46,171 nucleotides of DNA. Origin: an uncultured Lachnospiraceae bacterium. GTDB taxonomy: Bacteria; Bacillota; Clostridia; Lachnospirales; Lachnospiraceae. The notes below the pieces were generated by a model. The model was not told where the DNA came from and made no database searches. It saw nothing but the letters and a program-made list of their open reading frames with translations. This document shows, in pieces, positions 8,695 through 18,445 of the stretch (position 1 is its first letter; the number at the start of each line of letters is the position of its first letter). The stretch covers positions 1 to 46,171 of the forward strand of contig CAMOZG010000001.1 in assembly GCA_946630825.1 (NCBI GenBank), written 5' to 3'. A program made the translations under genes and the position numbers.

Positions 8695-9627
8695 CTAACC
8701 CATAAATATCTCGGTAGAGTAATACCTGTCTCCGCTGTCCGGCAACAGTGCCACTATTACCTTGCCCTTGTTTTCGGGTCGTCTGGCAAGCTCTATGGCT
8801 CCGAAAAGGGCTGCCCCGGATGAGATCCCGGTGGATATCCCCTCGCTTTTAGCCAGAAGCTTTGCAGTATCAAAGGCATCCTTTGATGAAGCTGTAATCA
8901 CCTCATCATAGATCTCTGTGTTTAATACCTCAGGCACAAAGCCTGCGCCAATGCCCTGGATCTTGTGAGGTCCCGCTTTTTTTTGTGAAAGCACCGGTGA
9001 ATCCTCCGGCTCCAAAGCAACGATCTTTATATCGGGATTTTTTTCTTTTAAGTATTCTCCCACTCCCGTAAGGGTACCTCCCGTACCCACTCCGGCAATA
9101 AATATATCCACCTTTCCGTCTGTATCCTCCCAGATCTCAGGTCCGGTGGTTTCCTTATGGGCAGCCGGATTGGCAGGGTTTTCAAACTGGCCTGCTATTA
9201 TGCTTCCGGGAATCTCTTCTTTAAGCTCCTTGGCTTTTTCGATAGCTCCCTCCATACCCCTGGCACCATCTGTCAAAACCAGTCTGGCTCCGTATGCCTT
9301 AAGGATGTTTCGTCTTTCCATACTCATGGTCTCAGGCATTGTCAGTATCACATTGTAGCCCTTGGAGGCGGCAATGGCAGCAAGACCTATACCCGTATTT
9401 CCGGAGGTGGGTTCAATGATGGTGGAGCCCTCTTTTAAAAGTCCTCTTTTTTCCGCGTCCTCTATCATGGACTTTGCCACCCGATCCTTCACGCTTCCGG
9501 CAGGATTTAAGCCTTCAAGCTTTACTAAAACTGTGGCAGGAAGATTTAGCTTTTTTTCTATATTTGTGATCTCCATCAGAGGTGTTTTGCCTATGATTTC
9601 AGTTACTCCCTTGTAGATTTTAGACAT
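8695..9627 (-). CDS. cysK: cysteine synthase A (O-acetylserine sulfhydrylase)
   Basis: 310 aa. GKTPLMEI..., PLP-lysine motif [19 protein letters not shown] and [12 protein letters not shown] loops. Confidence 0.93.
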   Translation of the reverse strand: MSKIYKGVTEIIGKTPLMEITNIEKKLNLPATVLVKLEGLNPAGSVKDRVAKSMIEDAEKRGLLKEGSTIIEPTSGNTGIGLAAIAASKGYNVILTMPETMSMERRNILKAYGARLVLTDGARGMEGAIEKAKELKEEIPGSIIAGQFENPANPAAHKETTGPEIWEDTDGKVDIFIAGVGTGGTLTGVGEYLKEKNPDIKIVALEPEDSPVLSQKKAGPHKIQGIGAGFVPEVLNTEIYDEVITASSKDAFDTAKLLAKSEGISTGISSGAALFGAIELARRPENKGKVIVALLPDSGDRYYSTEIFMG

Positions 9628-9643
9628 TTATTATCCTCTCTTT

Positions 9644-10675
9644 CTAATCCAAAAGATCCGCCAGCTCATAAACCATCTGCTCGGTCTTTTCCCAGCCCAG
9701 GCAGGGATCCGTAATGGACTGACCGTATACATTTCCATCCGGCTTCTGGTTTCCGTCCACCAGATAGGACTCTATCATAAGGCCCTTCACCAGCTTTTTG
9801 ATATCAGCAGACAGCCTCATGCTGTGCAGGATCTCCTTTGCGATCCTGGGCTGTTCTATGAACTGCTTATTGGAATTGGCATGATTGGTGTCAACTATTA
9901 CCGCAGGATTTATAAGGTCGCTTTTTGCATAGAGATTGCTGACGAATTTCAGGTCCTCATAGTGATAGTTGGGGGCATTGCTGCCCTGCTTGTGGGAATA
10001 GCCCCGAAGTATGGCGTGAGCCAAGGGATTGCCCTTGCTGTGTACCTCCCATCCGGCGTATACAAAGGTATGTCCGTGCTGGGCTGCCGTCATGGCATTC
10101 ATCATTACAGACATCATGCCCCCTGTGGGATTTTTCATGCCCACGGGAATATCGAGTCCGCTGGAGGTGAGCCTGTGCATCTGGTTTTCCACGGATCTGG
10201 CACCCACTGCCACATAGGAAAGCACATCCGACAGATAGGGGTGGTTTTCCGGATAAAGCATTTCATCAGCACAGGAAAAACCGTATTCCTCCAAGGCTCT
10301 GATATGCACCTTTCTTATGGCTATAAGTCCCTTAAGCATATCCGGTGCGCTCTCAGGATCCGGCTGGTGAAGCATACCCTTATAGCCCTCACCTGTGGTT
10401 CGGGGCTTATTGGTGTAGATCCTGGGGCAGATCACAATTTTATCTGCCACCTTTTCCTGAAGTTCCCTAAGACGTCCGATATACTCTATGACTGCGTCCT
10501 CCCGGTCTGCCGAGCAGGGACCGATCACTAACAGAAGCTTATTGCTATCTCCGGTAAAAATAGACTGGATGGCGGTGTCATTTTCCTTTTTCTTTTTGAC
10601 CGCAGCATCCGATAAGGGATACATCTCCTTTACCACCCTTGCCGAGGGCAGTTCTCTTAAAAACTCCATGTTCAT
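9644..10675 (-). CDS. 3-deoxy-7-phosphoheptulonate (DAHP) synthase, class I
   Basis: 343 aa. LLLVIGPCSADRED, ...RIYTNKPRTT..GYKGM..., DTNHANS: AroF/G/H-like class I motifs. Confidence 0.88.
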   Translation of the reverse strand: MNMEFLRELPSARVVKEMYPLSDAAVKKKKENDTAIQSIFTGDSNKLLLVIGPCSADREDAVIEYIGRLRELQEKVADKIVICPRIYTNKPRTTGEGYKGMLHQPDPESAPDMLKGLIAIRKVHIRALEEYGFSCADEMLYPENHPYLSDVLSYVAVGARSVENQMHRLTSSGLDIPVGMKNPTGGMMSVMMNAMTAAQHGHTFVYAGWEVHSKGNPLAHAILRGYSHKQGSNAPNYHYEDLKFVSNLYAKSDLINPAVIVDTNHANSNKQFIEQPRIAKEILHSMRLSADIKKLVKGLMIESYLVDGNQKPDGNVYGQSITDPCLGWEKTEQMVYELADLLD

Positions 10676-10706
10676 TCAATATTTCCTCCTCTATATCAAC
10701 TCGCCC

Positions 10707-12185
10707 CTATGCGTCTGATCTGGCATAGGCGTTTTTCATTATATTGCTCGCCTCATAAAGCACCTTGTCCAAAAGACCGTTTGTCTTTTCCTCTGTGATA
10801 GCGGCTATCTCTTCATTGGATTTTTCACAGAGACTCATTATCTTTGAACTGTCATTTTCTTCTGCTATGAGTTTGTCGTATTTTTTAATTACCGCCTTGC
10901 ATTTGCCGGTGACATCAAGCTGGTATCTCTCCACATGGTTTAAGCTGGTCTTATAGCTTGCATCCGCCAAAGCCCCTATCATGCGGTTTGCCCAGTAAAA
11001 ACTTTTTGTATCCGGCTTTTCGGGTGTATAACCGAAATACTCAGGGATGGTTCTCACATTGCCGTAAAGCGGTATCATGGCATTGAACACATTGGATCCA
11101 AAACAGATTTCAAACAGGGGCTCCCCATCCTCCCGAAGCTCTGCAAGAGACATAAATGATGTGCGGTTTACGCCAATGGATCTGAATGCTCCGCTCATGC
11201 TCCGGTCTCCGTAGCTCATATAAGGGTCATAGGGTGTGCCCTGATAGTGACTGGACAAAAGGTATTTTACATCCTCCGGTGTAATGAGCCTCTCCGGTGT
11301 CAGGCACCAGGGTATATCATCCGAATAGGGGTTAAAATCTGCATCCTCACCATCCCATTTGTAGGAACCGGGGCAGAGATAGCGTCCCATATACCAGGCT
11401 CTGGGGGTATTGTACACATGATCCGCATCATCATGGCTGCCAAAGGCAGTCCTGGGGTTGAAAAAGTCATCCCCCTCCAGATCCAGATGGTTTTCTTCGA
11501 TAAACTCCATCATATCCGGTGAGCATATATGTTCTTCCTGGTCACCAAAGGCATCCGTAAAGTCATATCTGTCCAGCCCCAACTGGTTTGGCATTATCAC
11601 CACGCCCTCATCCGGCACCCTTTTTGCCAGAAAATGATGACCTCCCACGGTCTCCAAGTACCAGATCTCATTTTCATCACTAAAAGCCATACCGTTCATT
11701 TCGTAGGTGCCGTACTTTTCCAAAAGTTCTGCCACCCGAAGTACACCCTCTCTGGCAGAATTTATATAGGGCAAAACCAGATAAACCAGATCCTCCTCAC
11801 CTATTCCTCCGGCAGCCTCTTCCCTGCCCTCTGTTTTTTTTGTTTCCCAAAGGGGATCTGCTGCTAAGACCCTTTCATTGCTGGTGATGGTCTCTGTGGC
11901 TGTCATGGATATATTTTTTTCATTCACTCCCGCTGCAGCCCAGATGCCCTCTTCCGTAAGATCCGAGTTCGGCACACAGATAAAATGCATGGCACCCTCA
12001 GGCATGGGAATTTCCGCTTTTGATATCACAGGCTTATAGACCTCGGGCAGATCCTTTGGATCCACATGAACCATATGCTTGGCTGTATAGGTTCCTGCCG
12101 CACAGTCGTCATTTCTGGCGATCATGGTGCTTCCGTTATAAGATGCGTATTTTCCAACAAGTATTGTAGTACAGGACATAGTCAT
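10707..12185 (-). CDS. C69-family dipeptidase
   Basis: 492 aa. N-terminal MSCTTILVGKYASYNGSTMIARNDD carries the Ntn-type Cys nucleophile typical of peptidase C69. The ATG overlaps the ispD TGA (ATGA at 12182-12185). Confidence 0.85.
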   Translation of the reverse strand: MTMSCTTILVGKYASYNGSTMIARNDDCAAGTYTAKHMVHVDPKDLPEVYKPVISKAEIPMPEGAMHFICVPNSDLTEEGIWAAAGVNEKNISMTATETITSNERVLAADPLWETKKTEGREEAAGGIGEEDLVYLVLPYINSAREGVLRVAELLEKYGTYEMNGMAFSDENEIWYLETVGGHHFLAKRVPDEGVVIMPNQLGLDRYDFTDAFGDQEEHICSPDMMEFIEENHLDLEGDDFFNPRTAFGSHDDADHVYNTPRAWYMGRYLCPGSYKWDGEDADFNPYSDDIPWCLTPERLITPEDVKYLLSSHYQGTPYDPYMSYGDRSMSGAFRSIGVNRTSFMSLAELREDGEPLFEICFGSNVFNAMIPLYGNVRTIPEYFGYTPEKPDTKSFYWANRMIGALADASYKTSLNHVERYQLDVTGKCKAVIKKYDKLIAEENDSSKIMSLCEKSNEEIAAITEEKTNGLLDKVLYEASNIMKNAYARSDA

Positions 12186-12883
12186 TCTCCTTTTTGATAT
12201 CTTTCTATTATACTCATGCCGGTGGAAATATCCTCCGGTGTGGTAAGCTTAATATTGTCGTAGGAGCCCTCTATCAGCCGGATCCTTTTATGACCCATGC
12301 GCTCCATTATCATGGCGTCATCCGTAATGCCCAAAAATCCATCCTCCGTCTGCCTAAGTTTTTCGTAAGCAGATATCAGCTCATCCCTGATAAAGCACTG
12401 GGGAGTCTGGATGGTCCAGAGTCTGTTCCTGTCGGGGGTCTGGGATACAAAGCCCTCTTCGTCCGAGATCTTTATGGTGTCCTTGGCAGGCATACCCACT
12501 ACACAGGCTCCAAAGGTTTTTACAGCCTCCATGGCAGACTCTATTATATCCACGGTGACAAAGGCTCTGGCTCCGTCATGTATCAGCACATATTTTCCGG
12601 AGGCAGCTTTAAGCCCGTTGTACACGGAATCATATCTCTCTTCTCCCGATCCCACTATATGACTCACCTTTGAAAAGCTGTACTTTTTCAGGATGTCCTC
12701 CCTGACAAAGTCCTCATCCTCCGGTGACACCACAAGTATCACCTCATCTACTCCACTTTTTTCAAAAGCCGCCAGGGGATAGTATATCACAGGTCTATCA
12801 CAAAGCTGCATATACTGTTTTTTAACTTCCTGTCCCATGCGGCGACCACTGCCGCCTGCAAGGACTATAGCCGAATATGTCAT
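12182..12883 (-). CDS. ispD: 2-C-methyl-D-erythritol 4-phosphate cytidylyltransferase
   Basis: [14 protein letters not shown]-loop-like motif, HDGARAF, QTPQCF. I place the start at the ATG at 12883 ([11 protein letters not shown]) because it forms an ATGA overlap with the tsaD stop. The ORF-track start at 12925 would overlap tsaD by 46 nt. Confidence 0.9.
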   Translation of the reverse strand: MTYSAIVLAGGSGRRMGQEVKKQYMQLCDRPVIYYPLAAFEKSGVDEVILVVSPEDEDFVREDILKKYSFSKVSHIVGSGEERYDSVYNGLKAASGKYVLIHDGARAFVTVDIIESAMEAVKTFGACVVGMPAKDTIKISDEEGFVSQTPDRNRLWTIQTPQCFIRDELISAYEKLRQTEDGFLGITDDAMIMERMGHKRIRLIEGSYDNIKLTTPEDISTGMSIIERYQKGE

Positions 12884-13893
12884 CTCTCGCCTAACTTCAG
12901 ATTGGGAACGGCATTCAGATCCCATCCGTCCCTTCTGCCTGCCATGTATTCATAATAAGCTGCAGCTCCGATCATGGCTGCATTGTCGGTACAGAGTATG
13001 GGTGCCGGACAGAAAAACTCCACGCCCCGGGCTTTGCAGGCGGCGGCAATGGCAGATCTGATGCTGCCGTTGGATGCCACGCCTCCGGCTATGGCAAACC
13101 TGTCTGCCTTATACTCCTCCACAGAGCGCATGCCGTGATCCACCAAAACATCCACCACAGCTCTTTGAAAGGATGCCGCCAGATCATTTGGATTCACCTG
13201 TCGCCCTGCCATCTGCTCCCTGTTTATATAGTTTAATACTGCGGATTTAAGTCCTGAAAAGCTGAAATCGTATTCGCTGTCTCCCACCTTTGCCCGGGGC
13301 AGATCTATGGCATAGGGATCTCCTGTTTTGGCTGCCTCCTCTACCTTTGGTCCGCCGGGATATCCTAAGCCTATGGATCTTGCCACCTTGTCAAAAGCCT
13401 CTCCTGCGGCATCATCCACCGTCCTACCTAATATCTCGTATTTGCCGTAATCCACCACCCTTACCAAATGGGTGTGACCTCCCGAGACCACCAGACATAA
13501 AAATGGGGGAGCAAGATCAGGATACTCAATATAATTTGCACAGATATGTCCTTCTATGTGGTGGACTCCCACCAGGGGCTTCTTTTTTGCATAGGCTATG
13601 GCTTTTGCCTCTGCCACCCCCACCAAAAGAGGCCCCACCAGACCGGGGCCGTAGGTCACCGCTATTACATCCATATCATCCAATGTCATATCAGCCTGTA
13701 TAAGAGCCTCTTCGATCACCCGGTTTATCCGCTCTATGTGTTTTCTGGAGGCTATCTCCGGCACCACTCCTCCGTAGAGGGTGTGCACCGGTATCTGGGT
13801 GGATATCACATTGCTTTTTACTTCTCTCCCGTCTATCACCACGGCTGCTGCCGTCTCGTCACAGGAGCTCTCTATTGCTAAAATTTTAGTCAT
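12880..13893 (-). CDS. tsaD: tRNA N6-adenosine threonylcarbamoyltransferase
   Basis: 337 aa. [15 protein letters not shown], metal-binding HHIEGH, GGVASN: Kae1/Gcp/TsaD signatures. Confidence 0.95.
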   Translation of the reverse strand: MTKILAIESSCDETAAAVVIDGREVKSNVISTQIPVHTLYGGVVPEIASRKHIERINRVIEEALIQADMTLDDMDVIAVTYGPGLVGPLLVGVAEAKAIAYAKKKPLVGVHHIEGHICANYIEYPDLAPPFLCLVVSGGHTHLVRVVDYGKYEILGRTVDDAAGEAFDKVARSIGLGYPGGPKVEEAAKTGDPYAIDLPRAKVGDSEYDFSFSGLKSAVLNYINREQMAGRQVNPNDLAASFQRAVVDVLVDHGMRSVEEYKADRFAIAGGVASNGSIRSAIAAACKARGVEFFCPAPILCTDNAAMIGAAAYYEYMAGRRDGWDLNAVPNLKLGER

Positions 13894-14477
13894 CTTATGG
13901 TATTTCCATCCTCATCCGTCAGCATAAATGCCAATATCTTCCACCTGCCCATCTCGTCTTTTCTCAGGGCAAATTTCTGGTAGGTGCGCTCATAGGTGCT
14001 GCCCTCTTTGGTAAAATAATAGGCTATGACATAGGCATATTCCCGACCCTTTATGGTCTTGTATTCCACATCACCGGAGCTTTGCACCGAGCTGTTTCTG
14101 ATCTCCCTGCCCCGGTCCCTGTAATCGGTTATATCACCTCTTACATTTGCCAGGTAAAACTCTCTGGGATTTGCCTGCAAAAGATCTGCGTCAAAAAGCA
14201 TCATTGCCTGATCGCAGAGCTTTTCCACATCAGCATCCTCAGTCTCCTCATCATAGTAAAGCATGATGATACGGTTGTACCACTTGATCACTGATCTGGG
14301 GGTCTCGGGATACTCCTTTGAAAAATCCTTTGCCAGGACCTTTGACAGTTCGCTTTCAGCCTGGATGGTATCCTCTTCGCTATTTCCGCTGTCCCTTCTG
14401 GACAGGTAAAAATAATACCCCACTATGAGCACCGCCATACATATGACCAGTATCACCATTCTGAGCACATTTTTCAT
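13890..14477 (-). CDS. hypothetical membrane-anchored protein (195 aa)
   Basis: Single N-terminal TM helix ([18 protein letters not shown]) followed by a soluble domain. I recognise no family. The stop overlaps the tsaD ATG (ATGA at 13890-13893). Confidence 0.6.
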   Translation of the reverse strand: MKNVLRMVILVICMAVLIVGYYFYLSRRDSGNSEEDTIQAESELSKVLAKDFSKEYPETPRSVIKWYNRIIMLYYDEETEDADVEKLCDQAMMLFDADLLQANPREFYLANVRGDITDYRDRGREIRNSSVQSSGDVEYKTIKGREYAYVIAYYFTKEGSTYERTYQKFALRKDEMGRWKILAFMLTDEDGNTIR

Positions 14478-14509
14478 TTGCGACTCCTTTGATCCCTACT
14501 GACTTATAA

Positions 14510-15424
14510 CTATTCCTCATCTATGAAGTTAAGCTCCACAAACTTCCCGTCCTTTCCCAGATGAGCCCGGGGAAAGATGGAGCGCACCTCTTTCATATAC
14601 TGCCTGCCATTGACTAAAGAGGGTGAAAAATGGGTAAGCCAAAGTTCATCTACCTCTGCGTCCCTTGCCAGCTTTGCAGCTTCCGTAAACATCATATGCT
14701 TTTTCTTTTTGGCATCCGGAAATTTTTCCTTGTCGCCGTACATTCCCTCACAGATAAAAATATCCGAAGCCTTTGCATTTTTAACTATGCTCTCACAGGG
14801 TCTGGTATCCGTACAGTATGTCACCTTGATGCCCCGTCTGTCAGGTCCCATGACCATGTCGGGAGTGTAGGTAATGCCGTCTATTTCTATGGTCTGTCCC
14901 TTTTGGAGAGGATTCCAGGCAACTATGGGGATATTTTGGCTCTTGGCAGCCTCCACATCAAACTTTCCCGCCCTGGGGATATCTATGACATATCCGTAAC
15001 AGGTCACATTGTGCCTGACACGAAAAGCCCTGATGTGATAGCCGTGCTCAAAAAACTCCTCTTCTTCCTTTGTTATCTCCTTGTAGATTATATCAAAAGG
15101 CAGCTCCTGTGCAATGACCCTTAAGGAATTTACCACATGGGAAAGTCCCTTTGGTCCGATCATCACCACAGGGTCGGTACGGTCGGAATTTCCCATGCCC
15201 AAAAGAAGTCCCGGAAGCCCTGCTATATGATCCCCATGGTAATGGGTGAAGCATATGGTGTCTATGGGATTGGAGGACATCCCCGCCTCCTTCATGGCGA
15301 TCTGGGTCCCCTCCCCGCAGTCTATCAGAAGGGAACTTCCGTTATATCTGGTAAGAAGGCTTGTAAGCCATCTCTTTGGCAGGGGCATCATCCCTCCGCA
15401 TCCCAGCAAACATACATCTAACAT
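14510..15424 (-). CDS. rnz: ribonuclease Z (metallo-beta-lactamase fold)
   Basis: 304 aa. N-terminus LLGCGGMMPLPKRWLTSLL...LLIDCGEGTQ and HxHxDH motif (THYHGDH). Length and layout fit short-form RNase Z. Confidence 0.85.
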   Translation of the reverse strand: MLDVCLLGCGGMMPLPKRWLTSLLTRYNGSSLLIDCGEGTQIAMKEAGMSSNPIDTICFTHYHGDHIAGLPGLLLGMGNSDRTDPVVMIGPKGLSHVVNSLRVIAQELPFDIIYKEITKEEEEFFEHGYHIRAFRVRHNVTCYGYVIDIPRAGKFDVEAAKSQNIPIVAWNPLQKGQTIEIDGITYTPDMVMGPDRRGIKVTYCTDTRPCESIVKNAKASDIFICEGMYGDKEKFPDAKKKKHMMFTEAAKLARDAEVDELWLTHFSPSLVNGRQYMKEVRSIFPRAHLGKDGKFVELNFIDEE

Positions 15425-15440
15425 TATCTACTCCGTATCT

Positions 15441-15911
15441 CTATCTTATCATTGTAGCATAGATCAAAGCATCCTCTACGGGATCGCTGTAAAATCCGGG
15501 TCGCCTGCCGGCGCATAAAAACCCGTGGCTTTCATAATAGGAAATAGCAGGTTTATTTCTCTCTCTTACCTCTAAAAAAAGCCTGCTTATTCCTTTTTCT
15601 TTTGCCCTTAAAAAAAGCTCCTCCATAAGGGCGTGACCTATCCCCTGTCGTCTTACGCTTTCTTTTACAGCCACCGAGGGTATCTCTCCCTCATCAGCGG
15701 CATGATACATGATCACATATCCTGCCAAGGCATCCTTATGGTAGGCGCTTAAGCAGAGGGCATGGGCTCCCTCTATGGCATCACAAAAATCAGAGTGAGA
15801 CCAGGCACTGGTCATGGAGGCAGCCGATATAGCGGAAAGCTCCTTAGCCTCGGAAATCAGGGATTCACTTACCCTTATATCTGCCTTTTTATCACACAGT
15901 GGGCTCATCAA
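15441..15911 (-). CDS. rimI: ribosomal-protein-alanine N-acetyltransferase (GNAT)
   Basis: 156 aa. GNAT acetyl-CoA motif VRRQGIGHALMEEL. Sits in the conserved position downstream of tsaE-tsaB. Confidence 0.82.
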   Translation of the reverse strand: MMSPLCDKKADIRVSESLISEAKELSAISAASMTSAWSHSDFCDAIEGAHALCLSAYHKDALAGYVIMYHAADEGEIPSVAVKESVRRQGIGHALMEELFLRAKEKGISRLFLEVRERNKPAISYYESHGFLCAGRRPGFYSDPVEDALIYATMIR

Positions 15912-16617
15912 GCTTTCCTCCTGCTTCGAGTCTCTCCCGCTCCGCCTGGGACAGTCTCAGATAATTGGGTCTGAAATCCCCGGCATCCTGGGCTTTGCCC
16001 TCTTTTATATATATCTGTGCCAAATCTGCCACTGCCGCTGCTCTTTGCCGGTTAAATCCCGCAGGAGCAAAGCTGTAGGGCGCTTTGCAGCTTTTTTCGA
16101 TCTGCTCTTTAAAAACAGGGACTCCGTCACCTAAAAAAATAACAGGTTCACCGGAGCCGTCTATCACTTCTATTATTTCCTCAAGGGGCAGGGCGCACGC
16201 AGGATGTATCACCTCAAAGCTGTGATCCGAAGAAAACCTGTATAAGCCGGTGTAGGTCTGATTTCTCCTGGCATCCATAAGGGGACATATCCGCTCAGTA
16301 ACCCCATACAGATTATAGGCAAGAGCATCCACCGTGGGCACTCCCACCAGAGGTATATTAAGAGCCAGTCCCAGTCCCTTGGCTGTGGCAGATCCTATCC
16401 GAAGTCCAGTAAAGCTTCCGGGTCCCGCCGCCACCGCTATGGCATCCAGCGTATTCAGATCCAGCTCTATCATGGAGGATAAGGCATCTATCATTGGTAA
16501 AAGTGTCTGGGAGTGGGTCTTTTTATAATCAATGGTATACTCTCCCAAAAGCCTGTCATCCTCCACCACTGCCACAGATGCCACAAGGCCGGATGAGTCA
16601 ATCGCTAAAATCTTCAT
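15892..16617 (-). CDS. tsaB: tRNA threonylcarbamoyladenosine biosynthesis protein TsaB
   Basis: MKILAIDSSGLVASVAV..., AAGPGSFTGLRIG. I prefer the start at 16617, which has GAGGG 5 nt upstream. The ORF-track start at 16629 has no Shine-Dalgarno sequence. Confidence 0.9.
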   Translation of the reverse strand: MKILAIDSSGLVASVAVVEDDRLLGEYTIDYKKTHSQTLLPMIDALSSMIELDLNTLDAIAVAAGPGSFTGLRIGSATAKGLGLALNIPLVGVPTVDALAYNLYGVTERICPLMDARRNQTYTGLYRFSSDHSFEVIHPACALPLEEIIEVIDGSGEPVIFLGDGVPVFKEQIEKSCKAPYSFAPAGFNRQRAAAVADLAQIYIKEGKAQDAGDFRPNYLRLSQAERERLEAGGKLDEPTV

Positions 16618-17056
16618 AAAGTCCCTCATCTATGGTTATTCGTCTGTAGTCCTCGCCCTTTGAGAAATCCCTCTCTATGGTGATGCGCATAGCCTCTTTG
16701 GGTATCAGCTCATCAATAAGCTTAGACCACTCTATCAGGGATACTCCCCCGCCGTAAATATAATCAAAGAACCCCACTTCCTCCATCTCCTCAGGATCAC
16801 CAATGCGGTAAACATCAAAATGGTAGAGGGGGAGTCGTCCCCCCTCGTATTCCTGCAGTATGGTAAAGGTGGGGCTGTTTATGGGTTCATTTATACCGAG
16901 TCCTATGGCAAAGCCCTGGGCAAAAAGGGTCTTTCCTGCCCCCAGATCCCCGTCAAGGGTTATGATCATTCCGGCTTTGGCAGCTTCTCCCAGCTTTTGT
17001 CCAAAAAGCTTTGTCTCTTTGGGACTATTGGTTTCGTATACCCTGCTTTCCATCAT
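16598..17056 (-). CDS. tsaE: tRNA t6A ATPase TsaE
   Basis: 152 aa. Walker A GDLGAGKT, SPTFTI, HFDVYR: YjeE/TsaE signatures. ATGA overlap with the upstream gene at 17053-17056. Confidence 0.9.
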   Translation of the reverse strand: MMESRVYETNSPKETKLFGQKLGEAAKAGMIITLDGDLGAGKTLFAQGFAIGLGINEPINSPTFTILQEYEGGRLPLYHFDVYRIGDPEEMEEVGFFDYIYGGGVSLIEWSKLIDELIPKEAMRITIERDFSKGEDYRRITIDEGLYEDFSD

Positions 17057-17586
17057 TTCAGACTCACCCTGTGGGAGGGCACCTTGGAGACAATGAGTTT
17101 TTTTATCTCATCATAGCCCTCTATCTGTGCCAGAGGCAGTATGTAGGCATTTATCTTGTTGGAGTAGATCAAAAGCTGCTCCTTTGTGGACACGGCTTTA
17201 TATATACTCTCCCAGGGCAAAAATGCCTTGTCCTCTCCCTCCGGCAGATCAGCTTCTTCATCAGCTAAAACCGTGATCCCCTTTTCATCAAAGGTGTAGT
17301 GAAGCGGATGGGAAAGGGTGGGTGAATTCTTGATCAGTTGGGGGGCTTTTTTCTTAAGAGCCACAGGATAATAGGCGAGAAAGACTATACCCACCCCTGC
17401 ATAAAAAACTATGTCCAGAGTCTGTATCCTGTCCGGTGCCATTATTGGCGCCGCTATAGCCACCACTATACTTAGGATCCCCAAGACTATGGAAAGGATC
17501 CCCTGACCGGAGTGATATATATGATACATCTGAAAGCGGTACATATCATCCGCATCTATGCTGATATCCAGCTTTTTTTCTTCCAT
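17053..17586 (-). CDS. YcxB-like membrane protein (177 aa)
   Basis: Two central TM helices (ILSIVLGILSIVVAIAAPIM, IVFYAGVGIVFLAYYPV) followed by a PH-like C-terminal region. It resembles the YcxB family from memory. Function unknown. Confidence 0.5.
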   Translation of the reverse strand: MEEKKLDISIDADDMYRFQMYHIYHSGQGILSIVLGILSIVVAIAAPIMAPDRIQTLDIVFYAGVGIVFLAYYPVALKKKAPQLIKNSPTLSHPLHYTFDEKGITVLADEEADLPEGEDKAFLPWESIYKAVSTKEQLLIYSNKINAYILPLAQIEGYDEIKKLIVSKVPSHRVSLK

Positions 17587-17598
17587 ATATTAAACCTC

Positions 17599-18195
17599 TT
17601 ATTTTCTGCCCCGATCCGATCCTCCGTGGAGTATGGGTGACAGGGGCTTGTAGATGAAAAGCGTGATCACCACCGACAGCATGGCTTTTACAAAGGTAAA
17701 GGGCACATTAAAGACCAAAAGACACTGGGGCAGGGTCTCCACCCTTGGAAGTATCATCTGATATGCCTCAATGATGGTCTCCTCACTCATTCCATATAGA
17801 TTGATATACATAGGGTATGTCAAAAACAGATTTGAGGGGAAGGAAAAGATCGCCATTATCACCGCACCTGAAAGGGCTCCAATGATGGCATTCCTTTTTG
17901 TCTTTTTCATGCCATATATGATCCCGGCAGGAAGCACAAATGATGCGCCTAAAATAAAGTTACACATCTCTCCCACCAAAGCTGACTGGGATACCGCCAT
18001 ATGGAGGATGTTTTTAACCAGACAGATGGCTACCCCGTACCAGGGTCCAAGTGCAAAGGCTCCTATAAGCCCCGGCAGATCCGACAGATCCATCTTGATG
18101 AATGCCGGCATAAGAGGCACCGGAAATTCAAAGTACTGCAACACAAAAGCCAACGCCGACAGCATGCCGGCAACCGCAAGGTTTCTTGTTTTCAT
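17599..18195 (-). CDS. ribU: ECF-transporter S component, riboflavin-specific
   Basis: 198 aa, about six TM segments. LQYFEFPVPLMPAFIKMDLSDLPGLIGAFALGP is typical of RibU/YpaA. An FMN riboswitch lies immediately upstream. Confidence 0.85.
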   Translation of the reverse strand: MKTRNLAVAGMLSALAFVLQYFEFPVPLMPAFIKMDLSDLPGLIGAFALGPWYGVAICLVKNILHMAVSQSALVGEMCNFILGASFVLPAGIIYGMKKTKRNAIIGALSGAVIMAIFSFPSNLFLTYPMYINLYGMSEETIIEAYQMILPRVETLPQCLLVFNVPFTFVKAMLSVVITLFIYKPLSPILHGGSDRGRK

Positions 18196-18203
18196 AATGT
18201 TCT

Positions 18204-18367
18204 CCTTTCTCTCATCCAGACTGTACTACAAGACCTATAATCTTGTAACTGTCGGCTCCGGAGTCTCACCGGATCCACCGAAGATCGGGTTGCGGGCTTC
18301 GTCCGGGCATATCATATACGATCTGCCCCTACATACCGCCGGTCGGGAATCACACCCTGTCTCGAAA
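18204..18367 (-). promoter_or_regulatory. FMN riboswitch (RFN element)
   Basis: Minus strand reads ...TTTCGAGACAGGGTGTGATTCCCGACCGGCGGTA...GAAGCCCGCAACCCGATCTTCGGTGGATCCGGTGAGACTCCGGAGCCGACAGTTACAAG...AGTCTGGATGAGAGAAAGGAG. All conserved RFN core blocks are present. The 3' P1 strand runs into the ribU Shine-Dalgarno sequence. Confidence 0.9.
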
Positions 18368-18384
18368 TTAATACTACCTTTATG

Positions 18385-18412
18385 ATTATATTAGTTTAGT
18401 TTTTTTTGTCAA
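18385..18412 (-). promoter_or_regulatory. consensus SigA promoter driving the FMN riboswitch and ribU
   Basis: Minus strand reads TTGACA - 16 nt - TATAAT (both hexamers perfect), about 18 nt upstream of the riboswitch 5' end. Confidence 0.65.
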
Positions 18413-18417
18413 TCATT

Positions 18418-18445
18418 AAAAAAGCAGGGGCTGTGCTGCCCCTGC
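18418..18445 (-). terminator. Rho-independent terminator of the HExxH-protein gene
   Basis: Minus strand reads GCAGGGGC-AGCACA-GCCCCTGC (8-bp GC stem, 18424-18431 / 18438-18445) followed by TTTTTT. It starts directly after the stop codon at 18446-18448. Confidence 0.85.

Noticed and set aside
9824-10531. Long plus-strand ORF (235 aa) antisense to the DAHP synthase gene. Similar long antisense ORFs lie at 17771..18385 (204 aa), 28260..28883 (207 aa), 42480..43046 (188 aa) and 43230..43745 (171 aa).
   Set aside because: Each is fully embedded opposite a gene with unmistakable family motifs. They have skewed, low-complexity or Cys/His/Leu/Ser-rich composition, no Shine-Dalgarno sequence, and no recognisable motifs. 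This is typical of shadow ORFs on the antisense strand of mid-GC coding DNA.
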